A stretch of 64,000 bases of DNA. Origin: the human T2T-CHM13v2.0 reference genome, Homo sapiens. A program made the position numbers and the translations under genes. The stretch is from the NCBI RefSeq assembly GCF_009914755.1, contig NC_060927.1; one strand, written 5' to 3'. Shown piece after piece: positions 58,501-64,000 of this stretch (within the stretch, counting starts at the first letter, position 1; every line of letters begins with the position of its first letter). The notes below the pieces were generated by a model. That model had not been told where the DNA came from and searched no databases. It saw only the letters and a list, made by a program, of their open reading frames with translations.

Positions 58501-59562
58501 AATTCAAGAGGAAAGACTATCCTTCCTATATAATTCCATTATTTTCTTTCAGTAAAACAAGTTTGAAATAATGATTTCCATTTTGCTCATTTCTTGACTA
58601 TAGGGGTAGTTTACATTTGTTAAAAATATTATTTAAATAATCACCTGCTAGAGAAATGAATAACTTCTGTACATGCAAAGCCTGTACATAAATTGTTCCA
58701 GGCACTGGGACAAACCCTTCCTATAAGATATAGAAAAAAGGCTAAGTGTTCCATGGATATACACTTATTCACATGCCAAGAATGGAAGGTATAATATAGA
58801 AGAGTATCATATGGAAGAAAATAATTTGTCTGACACCATAAAAGCATTCCTGATCAAAATTCTAATCTCAGGTGTATAGTGCTGTTCTCAAAAAATTAAA
58901 TATGGCACTCTAATGGATGCTTTTTAGGTAGAAAAATTCACACACTGAATATAAAATGAGTAGCAGACACTTTTGTTTAAGCTGAGAGGAAGAAAACAAA
59001 CAACAGACAGCTATTTCTTTATTTTGTGTGTTATGTAAATAAATTTTACATAACAGTGATGATAATAAAGACTAATTTAATCACAGTTTGGCTTCTCATT
59101 TGACATTAAGTCCCAAGAATATTTGCCATATTTAGCAATAATATGAAATGTCCGTCACATTGGGTGTTTACCCAGTACTTGCAGATGTTTACAGACATTT
59201 TACATGAAGGGCTTTTATTCATTGATAAAATAGATGTTGAATCATAGAACAAAGTACTGTTACTGTTGGCAAAATTAAAAGCAGCATAGTCAAAAACATC
59301 ACACAAGTTTTTCTCAGACGCTCCTTATCCAAAGAAATCTCAGCAATTTCAAAATTGGTTCAATGTTTACACAAAAACATATGAAAGAAATGTGTTTTTC
59401 TTTCTTATTCAAAGTATTCCTACATCCAACTCAAAAAGGGGAAAGTTTCCAAAAGTATTTCTTAGAATTAATATAAATCATTTATTACAAATAATATCTC
59501 TAAAAATGTATACATAGTACATGTACTATCTGCATATACTGAAATGTGATTTCTTTTTGTCA

Positions 59563-60005
<443 letters not shown>

Positions 60006-60024
60006 GAAATGAAATGAAAGCTCA

Positions 60025-60260
60025 TAGTAAATATAATTACTGTGTATTTTCTATATTTTAAGAACTTCATATATATTAATCTGTTTAATCCTCATAAAAG
60101 CTTTATGAGATAGATATGATTACTTACTTTATTTTATAGATGAGGAAACTTAGTAATGTAAGATTAAGTGAAACAGTTAAGGTTATGTTAAGTAACTGAA
60201 GAGCCAGGATTCAAACCCAAGCAACTGGACCCCAGAATGAGACTTACAATCCATATATTA
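60025..60260 (-). mobile_element. MIR
   Basis: tttaatcctcata..ttttatagatgaggaaactt..gagccaggattcaaacccaagc. Confidence 0.8.
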
Positions 60261-60629
60261 TATTTAAGTAGTACTTGGAACAAACAGCTTGAAGGCATTC
60301 AGAAAACTCACCACTGAAAGAAGACTCTGAAGAGATTCAAATAAAAATGTCCACAGCAATAGAAAAACTCCTATATCCCCATCAAATGAAACAGGATTTT
60401 GTATCTACCCAATTTTAAGTTTAGAAGTTTCCAGAATCACTGATTCAAGCACTTTCACTAGTGTAGAAGATATGCTTTTAACCCCCCCAAGTGTTAGCAT
60501 TCCTATATATGGTACACTTCTACTGATGTAACAGAGAAATACCCAAAACCTTCAGAAATCTCAAGGAGAATATCTCTAAGGCCTTTCAAAATAAAGCCCA
60601 GATTTTTATTCATATTTTTTAAAAAGCAA

Positions 60630-61500
60630 TTCATTATGTTGTACAATGGATCTCTTGAATTTATGCCGCCTGTCTAACTGACATTTTATATCCTTTGACC
60701 AAAGTATCTCCAATTCCTCCTTACATACAGTCCTGGTAACCATCATTTTACTCTTTGCCTCTATGAGTTCAACTTTCTTAGATTCCACAAATACATGAGA
60801 AAATTTGTCTTTTTAGACGTAGCTTATTTCACTTATAATAATGTTTTCCAGGTTAATCCAAATTGTCAAAGATTATGGGATATCTTTCTTTAAGGCTGAG
60901 TAGTATTCCACTGAGTATATATATATCACATTTTCTTTATTCATTCGTTGATGGATACGTAGGTAAATTCCATATCTTGGCTACTGTGAATAATGCTGCA
61001 ATGCACATGCAAGTGAAAATATCTCTTGGATATACTGATTTCATTTCATTTGGATATAAACCCAGTATTGGGATTGTTGGATCATAGGATAATTTTATTT
61101 TAGTTTCTTGAGAAACCTCCATAGTCTTTTGCACAATGACTGTATGAACTTACATTCCCACCAACAGTGTGCAAGGGTTCCTTTTTCTTCACATTCTCAC
61201 AGACACTTGTTATCTTTCGTCTTTTTTATAATGACTGTGATAACAGGTGTGAGGTAATAGCTCACTGTGGTTTTAATTTGTGTTTTCCTGATTATTAGCA
61301 ATACTGACCATTTTTCATATACATGTTAGCCATTTGTGTGTCTTCTTTTGAGAAATATCTATTTAGGCCTTTTTCCCATTTTATAATCAGGTTATTTGCT
61401 TTGCTATTGAGTTGTCTGAGCTCCTTATGTACTTTAGATATTAACCCCTTATCAGATGTACGCTTTGCAAATATTTTCTCTCATCTTCATAGATTTTCCT
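60630..61500 (-). mobile_element. L1MA-like 3' end
   Basis: tatgttgtacaatggatctcttgaattta; minus-strand peptides [26 protein letters not shown]. Confidence 0.88.
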
Positions 61501-61754
61501 TTTTTTAAGAAGCCAATTTAGAAGCTTTCTAAAAAGGGGAGCATGAGAAAAAGAATATTTTTTACATAATTACATCAAATGCTGGTCTTGTCACTATTAG
61601 TGTTATTTTAAATATCCATTAATTGAACATTTATCATATAGAGAAATATAGGAATAAATAAGAATATATAGAGATAGATACATAAATGTAGTTACAGGTA
61701 GCTAGATATAGATGCATACATGATTGATAGGTGATAGATTTAATAAACAGTTGG

Positions 61755-61900
61755 AAGTTCAAACAACCCTATGAGGCAAGGTTTATTATCTCCACTTTAC
61801 AGATGAGGAAGCACAGAAAAGTGAAGTAACTTGTTCAAGGTTATATAGACAGTAATTATTGTCAAGATTCCAACCCAGGGCTCAAAAGTCCACGTGCTTT
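61755..61900 (-). mobile_element. MIR
   Basis: aacaaccctatgagg..ctttacagatgaggaagcacaga..aagtaacttgttcaagg. Confidence 0.75.
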
Positions 61901-62489
61901 CTAGGCTTACCTTCTTTGAGATTTTTTATTTCTGGCAAGTAAATAGGAAAGAGTAACAGGCAACAGACACAGCAAAAGACTTAGCCCTTTGCATCTCTCC
62001 CTCCAAAGTGCTATGAAATAGTAAAAGTGCATAATGGGTGTTCTTAGATGCTAATGGCAAATCTTCAGGTATACAATGAGGTACGACCACTGGGAAAATA
62101 AGTGAGGTGAGAGGCAGCTTGAGGATTTACCTATGAGTGAAATTAAGCTGAGAAAAGGAAACTAGCACTGGGCTAGGGGTAAGGAAACCGAGGGTCAGTA
62201 AAGAAATAGCAGATGTTAGGATTTTCCATTTCTTTTTGTTCGACACTTTGAATGGATTCTGAAATAGGCTAGAAGTTGAGAGAGGGGTTGAGAAGTTCGC
62301 TTCGGTGTCTGAAATTATTGAGAAAAGAAAACTGAAAACGAACAAGGAAAAGTAAGATTAAAAGAGGCTTTTACTGGCCACTCAGTGAAAGGAGAAGGTG
62401 CCTGTCCATGGTGTAAGTGGCTCAAGATTCTTGAGCATCTCTTTGCAAATTGATATACATGGTGAAGGATGACTTTAAGGCATTGGTCC

Positions 62490-62702
62490 TTAACTGAGAT
62501 AATTTTGCTCATCCCCTTCCTGGTAGACACGACAATATCCAAAGATACTTTTAGTTGTCAGGACCTGGGGAGTGCTGCTACTTGCATGTAGTGGGTAGAG
62601 GCCAGGGATGCTGTTCAATATTCTACAATGCACAGGACAGCCCTAAAAAGCAAAACATTATACAGCCCAAAATGTCAACGGTGTCACTGTTGAGATACCT
62701 TG
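62490..62702. mobile_element. MER20 DNA transposon
   Basis: agtgggtagaggccagggatgctg..ctacaatgcacaggacagccc..cccaaaatgtcaa. Confidence 0.85.
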
Positions 62703-63564
62703 TGTTAGAGAATCTGTTATTTGTTTCTGTGTTTGTGTAGACACAGGACCCTCAGAGGAAAGTTGGGAACAGATGGAAGAAATAAAATGGCGTCTGTTCT
62801 CTCCTCAGTCTCTTGGATAAGTTACCGGCTCCTGTGGAGAAAGGATTTAGGGCTGGAAGCTAAAAAAGCTGTTTTTAGGAGAAACATTATGAGCCTGCGA
62901 GCAATGACACTGCTGCTTGGAATTCAGGGAACAAAGTACAACCAAAGATTGAGGAAGGGGCTCTTTTCTCCACTCCCACTTGGGTCCCATAGAAATATAG
63001 CACTTTGAGGATGTCCTTGGTCAAAGCATAATCATGGTAATCATGAACATGTAAAGCTCTCGCAAATGAATTTGTGAAGAGAGGACAGCTTCAAGAGGCA
63101 GCTGGGACAGAAAGAGAATGGGGTGAGTGGGCAACATGCAGCGCCTACCACTGGTAGACTTGTGATTTAGCTACAAATCCCAAACGCCATGACTACAAAA
63201 TATACTTGAAGGTGGGGATTTTGCTGGTTGGGTAGAGGACTTGTGTAAGCAGAAAGGAGCAAAAGCAGGACATTTGAGCTTTCAGTTTTTGTGGCCACAT
63301 TATAGGTACATGCTACTGAAGCTTTGAAAGTGTTTTCATTATACAAGCTATACAAACATAGGACATTCATACGTGGAGAAGTTTCCATGTAAGATTTCCT
63401 TCAAACCTGAAGGCTGATTCAAGACCTTTCCATTCAACTTCTCATTATTTCATTAGGTCTCATTATCAGGCCATTACAAACAAACAGGCTTCTGGGACCT
63501 TTATGATCCAGTTTCATCATTATTCAAGGTAACTTTATAAAATGTGTTAGCTCTAGTACTTAAA

Positions 63565-64000
63565 TGTTGGTTTCAAATGCCATTCTGTACTAAAGAGATA
63601 CAGAGGAGGTCCTCATTCCAAGAATGAAAAGTAAAAGATGATCCTCAAGCAGGTTATTTGCCAGAGAGAAAGACAAGGCTCGGAGAGTGATCAGAAAGAC
63701 CCAGGAGCCAGTTTAAAGGAGCTTCTAGTGACCAAATAAGGAAACATTTGAGAATCAGATAAGTAATGACAGTAAAAGAACACAACTCATTGAACAAAAT
63801 AAGAATCCAGGAGGAGTCCATGTGGATGTAAACAAATTTAAGGGGAAGAAAATGTTTATTCACATTGTTAGAATGTCAACTAGCAAATGTAGAAGAAAAG
63901 ATGCAATTAGAAAATATTTTGCAAATACCATGGTTAAAATTATTCAGCTAAGAGTTATCAATGAATTCTTAAACTAGTAGGTAAAAGCTTTAAAAAATAA
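63565..64000 (+). mobile_element. L1MC4/5-like 3' region, runs off the window
   Basis: tggtttcaaatgccattct, ggagccagtttaaaggagcttctagtgaccaaa, aatccaggaggagtccat. Confidence 0.55.

Noticed and set aside
63136-63160. CTCF-like motif (reverse complement ccagtggtaggcgc)
   Set aside because: Several mismatches at core positions; cannot be supported without ChIP data

Overview
AT-rich, CpG-poor primate (almost certainly human) genomic DNA in which I can support no spliced protein-coding exon. Roughly half the window is interspersed repeats (L1, Alu, MIR, L2, LTRs, DNA transposons). The one gene-like feature is a young, intronless HMGB1 retrocopy (about 4478-5668). It has a 5' UTR, an intact 210-aa ORF (R10T, P98L, acidic tail 5 residues shorter), a 3' UTR, a poly(A) tail and a perfect 15-bp TSD. 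From recall, unverified, it is probably HMGB1P5 at 3p24 upstream of ZNF385D. It appears to sit inside an MLT1 LTR that itself splits a Tigger element. Other major elements are a near full-length L1PA8-like element on the minus strand (about 31.5-37.75 kb) and a solo LTR12/ERV9 LTR with a 4-bp TSD (39531-41219). The oddities most worth checking are an 81-bp unidentified polyadenylated insert in the middle of an Alu, an unexplained 65-bp diverged direct repeat exactly 970 bp apart, a 20-bp TSD-like duplication around a 22-bp T-rich insert, a decayed L1 ORF0/antisense promoter co-oriented with the LTR12 promoter, and a perfect 14-bp CRE palindrome. I found no convincing evidence for a wholly new biological system. 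Repeat subfamily calls rest on remembered consensus motifs, and boundaries of old repeats are approximate.
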